Shown piece by piece: positions 38,823 to 48,680 of a DNA stretch of 64,000 nt (positions are counted from its first letter, which is position 1; each line of letters begins with the position of its first letter). Location: positions 6,945 through 70,944 of IMG/VR virus record IMGVR_UViG_3300042914_002629. One strand, 5' to 3'. This DNA comes from a virus. Below the pieces are notes generated by a model. It had not been told where the DNA came from. It saw only the letters and a list, made by a program, of their open reading frames with translations, and ran no database searches. The position numbers and the translations under genes were made by a program.

Positions 38823-39357
38823 GCGGCGTTCTCCACAACTCGGGTGTGTCGCTGCCTCTGGCATAGAGGGGGTGGCGGGGGTAGGGCTTGGACGACAGCC
38901 GATAGATGGGCTTGTCGACCAGCAGCACATGGCCCTCCGCGATCTTGGCGGCCTCGGCGTGCATACCCTTGAGCGCGCCATAGGCGGCCAGGACCATTCC
39001 GGCGCCGGAGGCGTAGCTTTCGATCCATCGGCCATTCATCGGACCCACAGCCTCTTCCAGGCTCTTCGGGAGGGCCTTCGGGTCGGTTGATCGGTAAGAC
39101 ATGACGTTGGACACGATGAGGCCGCTGTGCCCCCACGCCTTGGCGAACCCGATCATGCGACGCACGGTCGGATCGTTTTGGAAGGCATCTGCGGTACTCG
39201 GGTTCATCGCCAGCACCATCAGAGGCTTGCCCTCATGGGCTGGGCTTGCGTAGGTCGACCAGTCAATGGTCAGCAGGTAGCGGTGGATCTTGTCGAGAGA
39301 AAAGACCGCGAGCCGGAAATCCTCATCCCGGTGCCCGCGGCCGTTATCTTCGATCAG
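38815..39357 (-). CDS. DUF1643-family protein (start uncertain)
   Basis: RYLL, MNPSTAD...DPTVRR, NV.SYRSTDP and PRHPLY motifs. Confidence 0.85.
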   Translation of the reverse strand: MIEDNGRGHRDEDFRLAVFSLDKIHRYLLTIDWSTYASPAHEGKPLMVLAMNPSTADAFQNDPTVRRMIGFAKAWGHSGLIVSNVMSYRSTDPKALPKSLEEAVGPMNGRWIESYASGAGMVLAAYGALKGMHAEAAKIAEGHVLLVDKPIYRLSSKPYPRHPLYARGSDTPELWRTPHG

Positions 39358-39500
39358 GCACCCACCGACCGTTTGCCGGCTGCCCAGCAGATCGCCACCC
39401 CGTAGCCCAGGATCGCCGCCCATGCCGTGCCCCCGATGATGATGGTCCACATGATATCGCCCTCTCGCGTTCAGTCTCTATGTCTTCACAATACGCAAGT

Positions 39501-39947
39501 CTAGGCGACGCCGCAAGCGGTCTTTTTCCGGGCGCCGCGGGCCTTCGCCAGATCGGCCTGGCAGCAGCGGCAGACGCGGTGGCCGCTGGGCTTCACGTAG
39601 AGGTTCGGCCCGGCGTAGGCGTGACCGCGCGGGCAGTGCGTTAGGGTCGCGTTGTAGAGCGTCCGGTTGGCGTTCTGCTGCTCCAGCGTCGCCCAGCGGC
39701 AATTGTCCGGCTGGTAGCCGATGTGTCCTTTCTCGCGATCGAGCGTCATACCCGGCGGGCGTTCGCCCATGTCTTCCAGGAAGGCTTCAAAGCTGTGCCA
39801 GCGGTCGCACACCGTGACCCCCTTGCCGCCGTAGCGCGGCCAGTTGGCGGCCTTGGGGTTCTCGCACCGTTGGATCATCGCCCGCCATGTCTCGTAGGTC
39901 GGGCTGCTGGTGCGGCCCGCCGTGTGCCCATGGACTGATTTTCCCAC
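39501..39947 (-). CDS. HNH-type homing endonuclease-like protein with a C-terminal zinc finger
   Basis: W.AM.QRC, YGGKGVTVCDRW.SFEAFLEDMGERP, TLDR, GYQPDNCRWAT; THCPRGH...CRCC. Confidence 0.85.
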   Translation of the reverse strand: MGKSVHGHTAGRTSSPTYETWRAMIQRCENPKAANWPRYGGKGVTVCDRWHSFEAFLEDMGERPPGMTLDREKGHIGYQPDNCRWATLEQQNANRTLYNATLTHCPRGHAYAGPNLYVKPSGHRVCRCCQADLAKARGARKKTACGVA

Positions 39948-39948
39948 C

Positions 39949-40236
39949 TCAATCCTCCCCGTATTCCATCACTGCGGTCCATCCCTTCTCGGTCAGCTCT
40001 TCTCCGACGTGCTTCCAATCCTCATACCGCTTGAGGTTGTCATCTTCGGTGGCCTCGCGCCATGCCCAGTAGGCGAGGCGCTGGCCGGTCTTGAGGTGGT
40101 GCATCACGAAGATGGAGAGCCCGGCTTTCTTGCAGTCATAGGCTGCGGACTGCTCTGCCGTGGTCTCGGGACGCACCGGCGCGTCCTCGGCCAGGCGCTT
40201 CAGCCACGCCACCATGGCCGGCGTGGGCGCGGCCAT
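39949..40236 (-). CDS. hypothetical protein
   Basis: Coupled ORF within the operon. Confidence 0.6.
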   Translation of the reverse strand: MAAPTPAMVAWLKRLAEDAPVRPETTAEQSAAYDCKKAGLSIFVMHHLKTGQRLAYWAWREATEDDNLKRYEDWKHVGEELTEKGWTAVMEYGED

Positions 40237-40532
40237 CAGAAGGGGATCGCTTCGGCGTTCTCGACCAGCTTGGCGAACTTGTCGGCGGCCAGGGTGGCCT
40301 GTAGATGCTTCACCACAGCCTCATCCCGCATGGCCCGCTTCTCCAGCGCGTCGTAATCCAGGCGCGTCTGGTGCAGCGTGGCCTCCGACTTCTCCAGCCG
40401 ATCCTTGAACAGCCGCATCTCGCGATCGGCGTCCTCCAGCGCGGCCTGGCGCTTGGCCATTGCGATCACCGTATCCGTGTGATGGCTCAACAGCCTGTCG
40501 AAAGCGTCGTCGCCATCCAGATATCCGCTCAT
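40236..40532 (-). CDS. coiled-coil hypothetical protein ending in -IPF
   Basis: Coiled-coil heptads; C-terminus ENAEAIPF. Confidence 0.6.
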   Translation of the reverse strand: MSGYLDGDDAFDRLLSHHTDTVIAMAKRQAALEDADREMRLFKDRLEKSEATLHQTRLDYDALEKRAMRDEAVVKHLQATLAADKFAKLVENAEAIPF

Positions 40533-40537
40533 GTCTC

Positions 40538-41773
40538 TCACTCCCAACCCGGCGCTATGCCGAAGTCATCTTGGTTCACCCGCATTGGCATCAGCACCGC
40601 GCGGACGCCGTTCGAGCCGCTGAAGAGCATCGGGTCACCATCCTGCCCGATGGTCGCGCTGATCGTGGCGCTGCCTGTGAGCATGGCCGCGATCGAGCGC
40701 AGGTAGTTGAAGTTGCAGCCGCGGGGCTTGCGCCCGAGTGGGCTGCGCGTCGCCGGAACCGCCGGGATCTGGGTCCGGATCATGGTGCGTTCGGCGCACC
40801 GCTCGTTGCGGAACGGGACGTGCAGCCGGATGAAGGTCGGATCGAATTCGATCAGGCACTCCCCGCGGTAGCGCACCGACCGCTTGACCCGGTTAAGCGC
40901 AGTCACAAACTGCGCATGATCGAATTGATAGGTCCGGCTGGCATCGAATTTCGGTATCACCCGCTGCCAAGCCGGGAAGGTGCCGTCGATCGCCCGCAGG
41001 GTGAAGATGGAGTCCGAGCTGCCCGTGCGAACGGTCACCCGGTTGTCGTCTGCCGACAGCGACACCTCGCCGCCGACCAGCCGCAGGAAGGCGCACAGCC
41101 GCGGGATGGTGGCGCGTGGGATGATCGTGGCGGGCCAGCCGGCGCTGCTGCTGATGGTGCGCAGCGGCGCCGTGACCATGCGGTGGCCATCGGTGGCCGT
41201 GATGTCCATGAAGGGCGCCGATGGGCCTGCGCCAGCCTCGGCAGCCACGCCGTTGAGGTAGTAGCGGGTCTGCTCCGTAGACGACGCCTTGACCACCAGC
41301 TCCAGCACATCGGCGAGGGCGCCGGCCTCAACCGCCAGCACCTTGCTTTGTCCGCGCGGCACCTCGGACGGGCCGGAGAACGGCAGCAGCACCTTGCCAT
41401 TCGCGTCCTTGGCCGGCTCACGGTGCTGCGACAGATCGGCCCACACATCGCCCGCCTCGGCGGCGGTGCGGCCTGCCTTGGCGTCCGGCACGAAGGTGAT
41501 GCGGCCCTTGCCTCGGGAGAGGTGCAGCAGATCATCGCTGTCGAGCCCGACCGGCTCGCCTAGGCGGAACGGCTGCTGAAAAACAGCAGGAACCATGACG
41601 CGCGCCGACCATTCCATGTCGACCGCATCCAGACTGATGTGGTGAAGGCTGGCGGTTTCGATGTCGACCGACCGGCCGAAGGTGACCAGACCGAAGATGG
41701 GAATTCCGCTGCTTGGACGCGCCCGCAGAACCGCCAGCGCGCCGCATAGGTCTTTCTTGTCGATCGAGAACAT
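40538..41773 (-). CDS. dnaN: DNA polymerase III beta sliding clamp homologue
   Basis: TRYYLNGV, ATDGHRM, IIPR, IDGTFPAWQRVIP, NFNYL, VLMPMR motifs. Confidence 0.85.
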   Translation of the reverse strand: MFSIDKKDLCGALAVLRARPSSGIPIFGLVTFGRSVDIETASLHHISLDAVDMEWSARVMVPAVFQQPFRLGEPVGLDSDDLLHLSRGKGRITFVPDAKAGRTAAEAGDVWADLSQHREPAKDANGKVLLPFSGPSEVPRGQSKVLAVEAGALADVLELVVKASSTEQTRYYLNGVAAEAGAGPSAPFMDITATDGHRMVTAPLRTISSSAGWPATIIPRATIPRLCAFLRLVGGEVSLSADDNRVTVRTGSSDSIFTLRAIDGTFPAWQRVIPKFDASRTYQFDHAQFVTALNRVKRSVRYRGECLIEFDPTFIRLHVPFRNERCAERTMIRTQIPAVPATRSPLGRKPRGCNFNYLRSIAAMLTGSATISATIGQDGDPMLFSGSNGVRAVLMPMRVNQDDFGIAPGWE

Positions 41774-41794
41774 GGATTGCCCTTTCGTCTCGGA

Positions 41795-42007
41795 TCAGCG
41801 GCGGATTTTCACCGCGGCCAGCTCATAGCCCAAGGCGGCGAACACCTTGGTTACGCTGTCCACGCGCGTCTTGCGCTGCCCCTGCTCCATGTAGCAGATA
41901 GCAGCCTCCGACATCCCGGCGCGCTCGGCGAGAGCCTTCATCGTGAGCCCAGCGGCGAGCCGCTTTTCCTTCACGAACGCCGGGATGTCAGAGAGCCGAT
42001 CCGCCAT
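41795..42007 (-). CDS. XRE-family HTH regulator
   Basis: RLAAGLTMKALAERAGMSEAAICYMEQG. Confidence 0.85.
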   Translation of the reverse strand: MADRLSDIPAFVKEKRLAAGLTMKALAERAGMSEAAICYMEQGQRKTRVDSVTKVFAALGYELAAVKIRR

Positions 42008-43959
42008 CAGCCGGCCTTCGGCGGCAGCGTCACGCCATTGGCCTGGAACCGCTTCTCCATGGTCTTGTACCAGGGCGCCATTTCATCGCGCACGCGACCG
42101 ATGATGGCCTCGTTGGCGGCGGCGAACGCCTTGTAGTCCGCCGGCCCGGCCTTGGGATCATTCCGCAGATCATCCAGCCCCTTGGATATCGCGGCGAACA
42201 GTTGCTTGGGGTCGGCCGCTGCGTCGATGTCGACCGGCTTGCCGAACTTCGATCCGGTCGCCGCCGGCTTCACCGTGGTGGGGGTGGCGTTGGCCTGCGC
42301 CTTCAGTAGGGCCTTGAGCTGGGCTTCCACGACCGTGCCGAAGCCGAGATCGTCCAGCACCTCCTTGTTCGCCTCGTAGAATTCAGTCACCGCCACCGTG
42401 GTGGTCAAGGTCAGGAGGTGGCTGTGGACCCAAGCCACGGCTGCCTCTTCCTCTTCATCCCCGAAGCTGCGGATTCCTTCCTCGACCGCGAAATCCAGAG
42501 CGGGACGCTCCTGCTCTTCCTCGGACTGGCCATCGCCGACATCAACCGCACCGGCGCGCGGATCATCGTCGCCCGGATGGCCAGCGGCGGCCATCGCCTC
42601 GCGCTCGGCCGCCTCGCGGGCCAGGCGCTCATCTTCCTCGGCCTTCGCCGCGGTGGCCTTGGCCTTGTCGGCGGCCTTCTCGACCTTCGCCGCCGCGCTG
42701 GCGAGGTTCTGAAGGTGCTCCCGCAGTCCCTTGTGATCGGTCTCCAGCACCGCCAGGCTCTGGACGTTGGCATTCCAGAAGTCCGCGGCCTTGGTATAGC
42801 CGGTGCCCTTCAGCGCGGCCGTGTAGCCCTTCCACGCCTCTTCGATCTGCTGGGCGTGCTGCGGCATCCAGAAGTCGGTCACGACGCCATCCGGCGATGT
42901 GAGGGTGACCTTGAATTCGGCGGCCGGCGGGTTGACCTGGCCGGCGGTGGGCTCGACATCGTCGCTGGTCGGCTCGCCGCCCTCATCCACCATCTGCGCG
43001 CCGCCGACCGTACCCGAGGGTTCGGTCACCGGCTCAGCCTCGGGCTCTGCGGCGGGTGCGGTCACCGGCGCCTTGGGGTCACCGGCCTTGCCGCGGCCCC
43101 TGCGCGCCGCCGGAGCCTTGCCAGCGGGCGTGGTGGTTCCGAGGGCACTGCCGGCCTCGGCGGCTGCCGGAGAGTCCTCCTGCGCGCCCTGGCGCATGTC
43201 GGCGCCGCTGGCGAAGGTCGACGCGCTCGGGCGATGGATGATCCTGTCGACCGGGTCGGGATCGGGGATCACCTCGTAGGCCACGTCCTGGATTTCCTCG
43301 GCGAGCGGCAGGCCGAAGAGCACATGCGGGCAGTAGAGGTTGATCAGCCACGACGCGGCACGCCATTCCAGCATCCGCTTGGGGATGGTGAAATACTTCT
43401 CATTCTGGGTCCAACCATCGTCGGACGCGGTCTGCATGTCCACGGTCTGCTCAACGTAGGACTCGCCCTTGACGTTGCGCAGGCTGGCATAGGCCGTGAC
43501 CGACCAGTTCCGGACCTTGCGGGGCGTCTCTTTGTAGGTCGGCTTGCGCTCCTGAGAATCCCAGCCGGTCTTGATCTTCTGGATGGCCGTGATTTCTCCC
43601 AGGTCCACGGCCTTGAACCGGATCACGCCGTCGAAGATCCCAGAGCTGTTGGCGCGCGAGATGGCGTATTTGGCGTACCAGCCGGCGCGTCCGTTGGCCA
43701 CGTAGAGGGATTGGAACAGCATCAGCGGATCTTGCCGCGTGGCGCGGGCGATGCCGAGCACCACGAAGCAATCGGCGATATGCTCTTCGCCCTGGAACGC
43801 CTTCGGCACCAGTTGGGACGCGGACATCAGCTTCGCCGCCCGCTGGAGCTGCCCGAACAGGGCTTCGTTCTCCCACACCTCGAAAGCGTTGAACGCCATG
43901 GACTCCATCGGGACCATGACGGGCTTGGCGAGGGAGAGATCGGTGGATTGTTCAGCCAT
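42007..43959 (-). CDS. RecT-like single-strand annealing protein with a long acidic C-terminal extension
   Basis: SQLVPKAFQG, QSLYVANGR, W...PKRML.WRA...YCPHVLFGL..AEE motifs. Confidence 0.75.
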   Translation of the reverse strand: MAEQSTDLSLAKPVMVPMESMAFNAFEVWENEALFGQLQRAAKLMSASQLVPKAFQGEEHIADCFVVLGIARATRQDPLMLFQSLYVANGRAGWYAKYAISRANSSGIFDGVIRFKAVDLGEITAIQKIKTGWDSQERKPTYKETPRKVRNWSVTAYASLRNVKGESYVEQTVDMQTASDDGWTQNEKYFTIPKRMLEWRAASWLINLYCPHVLFGLPLAEEIQDVAYEVIPDPDPVDRIIHRPSASTFASGADMRQGAQEDSPAAAEAGSALGTTTPAGKAPAARRGRGKAGDPKAPVTAPAAEPEAEPVTEPSGTVGGAQMVDEGGEPTSDDVEPTAGQVNPPAAEFKVTLTSPDGVVTDFWMPQHAQQIEEAWKGYTAALKGTGYTKAADFWNANVQSLAVLETDHKGLREHLQNLASAAAKVEKAADKAKATAAKAEEDERLAREAAEREAMAAAGHPGDDDPRAGAVDVGDGQSEEEQERPALDFAVEEGIRSFGDEEEEAAVAWVHSHLLTLTTTVAVTEFYEANKEVLDDLGFGTVVEAQLKALLKAQANATPTTVKPAATGSKFGKPVDIDAAADPKQLFAAISKGLDDLRNDPKAGPADYKAFAAANEAIIGRVRDEMAPWYKTMEKRFQANGVTLPPKAG

Positions 43960-44025
43960 GTGGATTCCTTGGTGAGCCTAGGGTGGATGCGGGTTTCAGG
44001 GGTATTTTACCCGCCGTGAACCGAA

Positions 44026-44733
44026 TTACGAAACGACGAGTGACCGTTCCCCGAACACCAGCCGGGCGCCTGGCACCGCGTTCTCGCGGGCGTGGGCGAC
44101 GGACCTGTTCACCTCATCGGGATCATCGCCCGCCGCCTCGATCGCGGCCTGCGTCACTTCCTCGATCTTGGCCGTGATCGCCGCCTCATCGGGCGCCATC
44201 ATCTCCAGCGGGATCAGGCCCGGATTGGTGATTTCGAGCACCAGCTTGGCGGCCCGTCGCGTGGCGAGGTGGCCATGCTCATTCCGGAGCTGGTCGATCC
44301 CCGCCTTTGTCATGTACTCCAGAAGGGCCTTGTTCGCCGCCGCCTTGGCCGCGGCCAGATCATCCGCGGTGCGTTTGGCTGTGGCGGCGACCTTCGCGGT
44401 CGCGTCCGTGAACACCTTCGTGACCGCCTTGCGCTTGGCGTCGATGTCGTTGGTGACCAGCGTGGCCTGTTTCGAGCACGTGATCAAGGCTTGCGCCTGC
44501 TCTTCGGTGAGCGGGCCTTCCGGCACCTTCACGGACAGCGGCGTCGCCGAGCGCGCCAGCACCAGCGCCAGCTCAGTGATGGCCGCGGCCACCATCTCGG
44601 CCAAGCCCATCTTGTCGCTGTTATCGCCGATGCCGGCCGGCGGCAGCGATGAAATCCCATCGGCGACGGCCGCAACAGCGGCCTGGTCGACCGGCACCGC
44701 CGGGATGACCGCACTCTTTCGCCTGCCCGCCAT
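44026..44733 (-). CDS. Gp157-like coiled-coil protein
   Basis: Coiled coil followed by LEITNPGLIP...PDEAAI...VPGARLV. Confidence 0.55.
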   Translation of the reverse strand: MAGRRKSAVIPAVPVDQAAVAAVADGISSLPPAGIGDNSDKMGLAEMVAAAITELALVLARSATPLSVKVPEGPLTEEQAQALITCSKQATLVTNDIDAKRKAVTKVFTDATAKVAATAKRTADDLAAAKAAANKALLEYMTKAGIDQLRNEHGHLATRRAAKLVLEITNPGLIPLEMMAPDEAAITAKIEEVTQAAIEAAGDDPDEVNRSVAHARENAVPGARLVFGERSLVVS

Positions 44734-45215
44734 TATCGCGCCTCATGAAGCATCGTCTTCACCCTTCTAATGTCTATTCGTTTCAACGGATTAGCCGCCG
44801 GACTCCACGGCTCATACTTTCGAGCCCAAGCCACGGTGGCCATCATGTGCCGCCAGCGCCAGAACGGGATGAAACGCCCGTGCATCCATAGCTTGTCGAG
44901 CGCGATCGGGATGTCCACAACCGCAGCCATGAGCTGCACCGATGGCCCGCCGCCTGGCACCTCGCGGCACCATGTCTCGGGGTCGGAAAGCGGCTCACGC
45001 CGGCCGTCGACATGCTCATACACCCGCGGCCGATCGAAAGGGCATGGCCGCCAGATCACCGCCGGTGCCCATGGCCGGTCTTTGCCGAACCGGTAGGCGA
45101 AGAACGCCGGGTGATAGACATCCATGTAACGGGTTTGGTCTTCGCACTGGCCCGGCGCCTTGGCCGCTCCCGTGCGCCCGGTGGGCCGGATGCCGTTGTG
45201 GCTGTGGTGGATCAT
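44733..45215 (-). CDS. hypothetical protein
   Basis: GAGAGGGCAAA motif upstream; Trp/Pro-rich ORF. Confidence 0.55.
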   Translation of the reverse strand: MIHHSHNGIRPTGRTGAAKAPGQCEDQTRYMDVYHPAFFAYRFGKDRPWAPAVIWRPCPFDRPRVYEHVDGRREPLSDPETWCREVPGGGPSVQLMAAVVDIPIALDKLWMHGRFIPFWRWRHMMATVAWARKYEPWSPAANPLKRIDIRRVKTMLHEAR

Positions 45216-45283
45216 CTTGCATTTGCCCTCTCGCCGGCAGAACATCACCCCATCTTCACAACTGGTCAAGGGCATTATTCACA

Positions 45284-45838
45284 ATGCGACATCCTCGCCG
45301 CGTCCCGCGCCAATGCTCGGCCGAAGGGCCGATGCAAGCCGCCATCGCCTCGTACCTCGACGGCCTGGCCGCGACATTCCCGTGCGACATAGCATGGGCA
45401 CACCCGCCCAACGAGGGCAGCCGCGATATCGTCTATGCCAAAAAGCTGAAGGGCCAGGGGGTGAAGGCGGGCGACCTCGACGTGGCCCTCTACATGGCCG
45501 GCGGCTGCACGGTCTTTGTCGAGCTGAAGACATTCGACGGCAGCATGAAGCCGGAGCAGCTATCCCGGATCGCCACCCTCTCGGGCCTCGGCTTCACCAC
45601 CTACGTGATCGCCGCCATCGCGCCCGCCGCGGCCGTGGACGCCATGTCGGCCGTGGTGGGGACCGAGGTGCTGTCCGCCTCCATGCGCCGCTCCATCGGC
45701 CCCAAGGTGCCGTTCCGGGTGCCGTACATGACCATGACGCCGTTGAGCTGGTATGTCTGGCCGGGCCGGGATGTCGTGGCCACGGGGCACAAAAGCGTCA
45801 CATCGATTATTCGGCACTATGAGAAGCAATCCCGGTGA
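45284..45838 (+). CDS. VRR-NUC domain endonuclease
   Basis: HPPNEG, GVKAGDLD, FVELK...G....EQ motifs. Confidence 0.85.
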   Translation: MRHPRRVPRQCSAEGPMQAAIASYLDGLAATFPCDIAWAHPPNEGSRDIVYAKKLKGQGVKAGDLDVALYMAGGCTVFVELKTFDGSMKPEQLSRIATLSGLGFTTYVIAAIAPAAAVDAMSAVVGTEVLSASMRRSIGPKVPFRVPYMTMTPLSWYVWPGRDVVATGHKSVTSIIRHYEKQSR

Positions 45839-46083
45839 TCAGTTCCGATGACCGCGACCGGGTGATCAAGCTGCTCACGCTGGCCGTCGACCAGTCCGAG
45901 GCGGTGGATGGCAGCGAGGCGCAGGCGGCCCTGGCGGCGGTGCGTCGCATCCTCTCCAGCCGCGGCGCCTCGCTGGCCGATGCTCTGATGGATCAGGAGG
46001 CGCTTGCGCTGCTTCGCGAAGCCCAGGCGCGGCCCGGCGCGGGATCGGCCGTGTTCGACCCGCTGCGCGATTTCGAGGGGTAG
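45835..46083 (+). CDS. hypothetical protein
   Basis: GTGA-coupled; RVIKLL...EAQAA helical motif. Confidence 0.55.
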   Translation: MISSDDRDRVIKLLTLAVDQSEAVDGSEAQAALAAVRRILSSRGASLADALMDQEALALLREAQARPGAGSAVFDPLRDFEG

Positions 46084-46417
46084 GAGCGCGGCCGGCGGGG
46101 AGGACTCCAACGCGCTCCCATTGCGCTCACGCCAGAGGCGAGGCTACGGCATGGAGGTTCACCGTGTCGCGCCGGCCACAGCAGGACTATAGGCCGCACC
46201 GTCCCCTTGCGAAAGGGGGTGGGGTGGTCCAAGAATGGAGAAGCCCCGCCGGGCTGCGAACCCAGGCGGGGCTATGGAGGGCGAGGCGCCGTTGCAAGCG
46301 GCCCGCGCCGCGACAGGCGGAGAAAGGACAGGTACGCCCGTGAGGGATAGTCTAGCGAAACGCCACGGCAATGCAAGGGGCGCCCGGCCATCGGGCGCGG
46401 ACGGGGGTTCATGACCA

Positions 46418-47443
46418 ATGCGTGAATATGGGAAGGTCGCGCCATCCTTCTGGACTGGCCGCACCGGTAAAAGCCTACGCCAAGACAGGGACGCGCAAGT
46501 CATTGCGCTCTACCTGATGACATCTCCACATGCGACGATGTACGGGGTCTATCACTGCCCGATCCTCTACATCGCCCACCACACCGGATGCTCCATAGAA
46601 GGGGCTTCCAAGGGGCTTCAAAGGCTCATTGATGGGGGGTATTGCACATACGATCACGACACCGAGACCGTTTTTGTGCATGAGATGGCCCGTTTCCAGA
46701 TCGGTGAGTCTCTGAAGCGCGGCGACAAGCGCGTTTACGGCACCATCGCCGAGCTAGACCGGATGCCAAAAGGCGTTATCCGTGAAGGGTTTAGGCGCAG
46801 ATACGGCGCCGCCTACCATCTCCCGCCGCCTTCACAATCCGATGAGTTTCAAGCAAGCCCCTTGGAAGCCCCTTCCCAGCCCCTCCGAAGCCAGGAGCAG
46901 GAGAAGGAGAAGGAGAGAGAGAAGGAACAGGAAAAGAAAAGCACTGCTATCGCAGTGCCAAAAGAAAGCGCGGCGCCGCCTCAAGCCGACCCGATGCCAT
47001 CGGCTCAACCGACACCATCAGCACCCCTCCCGGCCATCGCCACGCCGAAGGCTCGGGCCAGGCAACCCACCCGCATCCCGTCCGATTGGTCACCCACAGA
47101 AAAGGATCTGGCCTTTGCCGAGAGCCGCGGCTTCGACGTGGTGAGGGCCATGGAGATCAGCGACCAGTTCCGGGACCACTACCTCGCCTCCAGCGGCAAG
47201 GGCTCGACCAGCCCCGATTGGGAAGCGAAGTGGCGGACGTGGATCGGCAACGAGGTGAAATACGCCGCCGAGCGCGCAGAGCGCGGCCCCAGGAGCAACG
47301 GCGGTGCCAGGCGCAACGGCGTGGCTGGCGACTACGAAGCCCACCAGCGGCTCTACCGGCAGCGCGGTGGCGACCAGCAGCCAGCACCGCACCATGAGCC
47401 CGACGAAATCGACCGCATTCTAGGAATTGGAGAACCCCGTTGA
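46418..47443 (+). CDS. phage replication initiator protein
   Basis: MREYGKVAPSFW, LYLMTSPH..YGVY; acidic linker; C-terminal F.DHY...DWEAKWRTW domain. Confidence 0.8.
   Translation: MREYGKVAPSFWTGRTGKSLRQDRDAQVIALYLMTSPHATMYGVYHCPILYIAHHTGCSIEGASKGLQRLIDGGYCTYDHDTETVFVHEMARFQIGESLKRGDKRVYGTIAELDRMPKGVIREGFRRRYGAAYHLPPPSQSDEFQASPLEAPSQPLRSQEQEKEKEREKEQEKKSTAIAVPKESAAPPQADPMPSAQPTPSAPLPAIATPKARARQPTRIPSDWSPTEKDLAFAESRGFDVVRAMEISDQFRDHYLASSGKGSTSPDWEAKWRTWIGNEVKYAAERAERGPRSNGGARRNGVAGDYEAHQRLYRQRGGDQQPAPHHEPDEIDRILGIGEPR
46599..46940. repeat. iteron-like AAGCCCCTT repeats (putative replication origin)
   Basis: AAGGGGCTT x2 at 46599-46618 and 11-bp-spaced AAGCCCCTT/CAGCCCCTC at 46855-46892, followed by a purine tract. 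Confidence 0.65.
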
Positions 47444-48027
47444 GCGACCACAACGACGGCCCGAAGCGGCTGGGCGGCCTGCCCGAGATCATCCCCACCG
47501 ATGCCCAGGCGATCGGCGCACCACGCCAGGACGCCAGCGAGAACTTCGCCAACTCCGACCCTCGGGACATCAACCGCCGGCTGGAGAGCCGCGTCCGCGC
47601 CCTGTGCGGCGGCCAGTTCCGGACCAACGTCTCATCCAGGTTCAACGGCGAGATGTTCTCGCATTCCGTGGTCGAGGGGCTGGACTGGGATCTGCCCGTG
47701 GAGAGCCGCGGCAAGGTCCGTGAGCTGCTGGCCCGCGTCACGAAGCCGGCGCCCGATCGCATGATCATCGCCGCGCTCTACGACCTGCGCAAGATCACCA
47801 TCAGCCGCGAGCGGGAGTCGACGGAAGAGGGCAAGGCGGCCGAGAGCGAAGTGTGGTTGCGCCTGCTGGCGAAATACCCGGCCGACGTGGCGGTCCACAC
47901 GCTCCGGGAATGGACCCAGCGGGTCAACGGGCGCTTCTGGCCGACCTGGCATGAGCTGGAGCAGATCCTTCGGTCCAAATCCTCGATCCGCACCGTGATT
48001 GCCGCCAAGCTGGACCGCGAGCCGTGA
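47440..48027 (+). CDS. putative helicase loader-like protein
   Basis: Follows the initiator; LAKYPADVA...FWPTWHEL motif. Confidence 0.55.
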   Translation: MSDHNDGPKRLGGLPEIIPTDAQAIGAPRQDASENFANSDPRDINRRLESRVRALCGGQFRTNVSSRFNGEMFSHSVVEGLDWDLPVESRGKVRELLARVTKPAPDRMIIAALYDLRKITISRERESTEEGKAAESEVWLRLLAKYPADVAVHTLREWTQRVNGRFWPTWHELEQILRSKSSIRTVIAAKLDREP

Positions 48028-48521
48028 GCGCCACCGATGGCGCTGTGCGCGCCCTGCTGATCGAGAAGCTGAAAGCCGGCTACCGGGCGCCGGATCACGT
48101 CGCCACCACCGTGGCGGGGATGGCCTACCTCGGCGAGCTGGCCGATACGCTGATCCGGATGCACCCCGAGCCCGACGAATTCGACCATGTTTGGAACGAA
48201 TTCAAGCGGGAGTGGACGCGCCGCTATTGGCCACCCTTCGGCGAGCTGCCCAGCCGGCTCACGAAGCTACGGGCCAAGGCTGCGGAGAACGCCAGGGCCG
48301 CGGACACCGCGCACCGGCAGACCTACGACCAGCGCCGGGCCAAGCCCGAGAAGCCGTACCATGATGGGGAATTTGTCGCTACCTATGGGACGCTGCTGGA
48401 GCAGGCCGATAGCAACGACCCCGAGGAAGCCGCATGGGCCAAGCGGTGGCTCGCCATGGGCGATGCATTGATCAAGCGATACGACGACAACGATCAGCCG
48501 CGAAATATCCAGCAGAAGTGA
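48024..48521 (+). CDS. hypothetical protein
   Basis: GTGA-coupled; also carries a WP motif (RYWPPFGEL). Confidence 0.6.
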   Translation: MSATDGAVRALLIEKLKAGYRAPDHVATTVAGMAYLGELADTLIRMHPEPDEFDHVWNEFKREWTRRYWPPFGELPSRLTKLRAKAAENARAADTAHRQTYDQRRAKPEKPYHDGEFVATYGTLLEQADSNDPEEAAWAKRWLAMGDALIKRYDDNDQPRNIQQK

Positions 48522-48591
48522 CGCCAAGGCCAGATGCCAAACCGGAGGGAATGACTTCGGGGTGAGAATTTCGAGACGATCGAAAGACCCC

Positions 48592-48620
48592 TTGACAGGA
48601 GTCCTTGCCATCTTCACGAT
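48592..48620 (+). promoter_or_regulatory. putative promoter TTGACA-N17-CACGAT overlapping ATCTTCACGAT
   Basis: Consensus -35, 17-nt spacer, repeated operator-like motif. Confidence 0.55.
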
Positions 48621-48680
48621 ACGGCAAGATTTAGGGCGGGTCGCAAGCATCCTGGCGATCCGCATTATCGGGGGCAACCG

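Noticed and set aside
39501-39947. HNH gene as part of a group I intron
   Set aside because: The flanking genes appear intact and separate; no interrupted host gene is visible.
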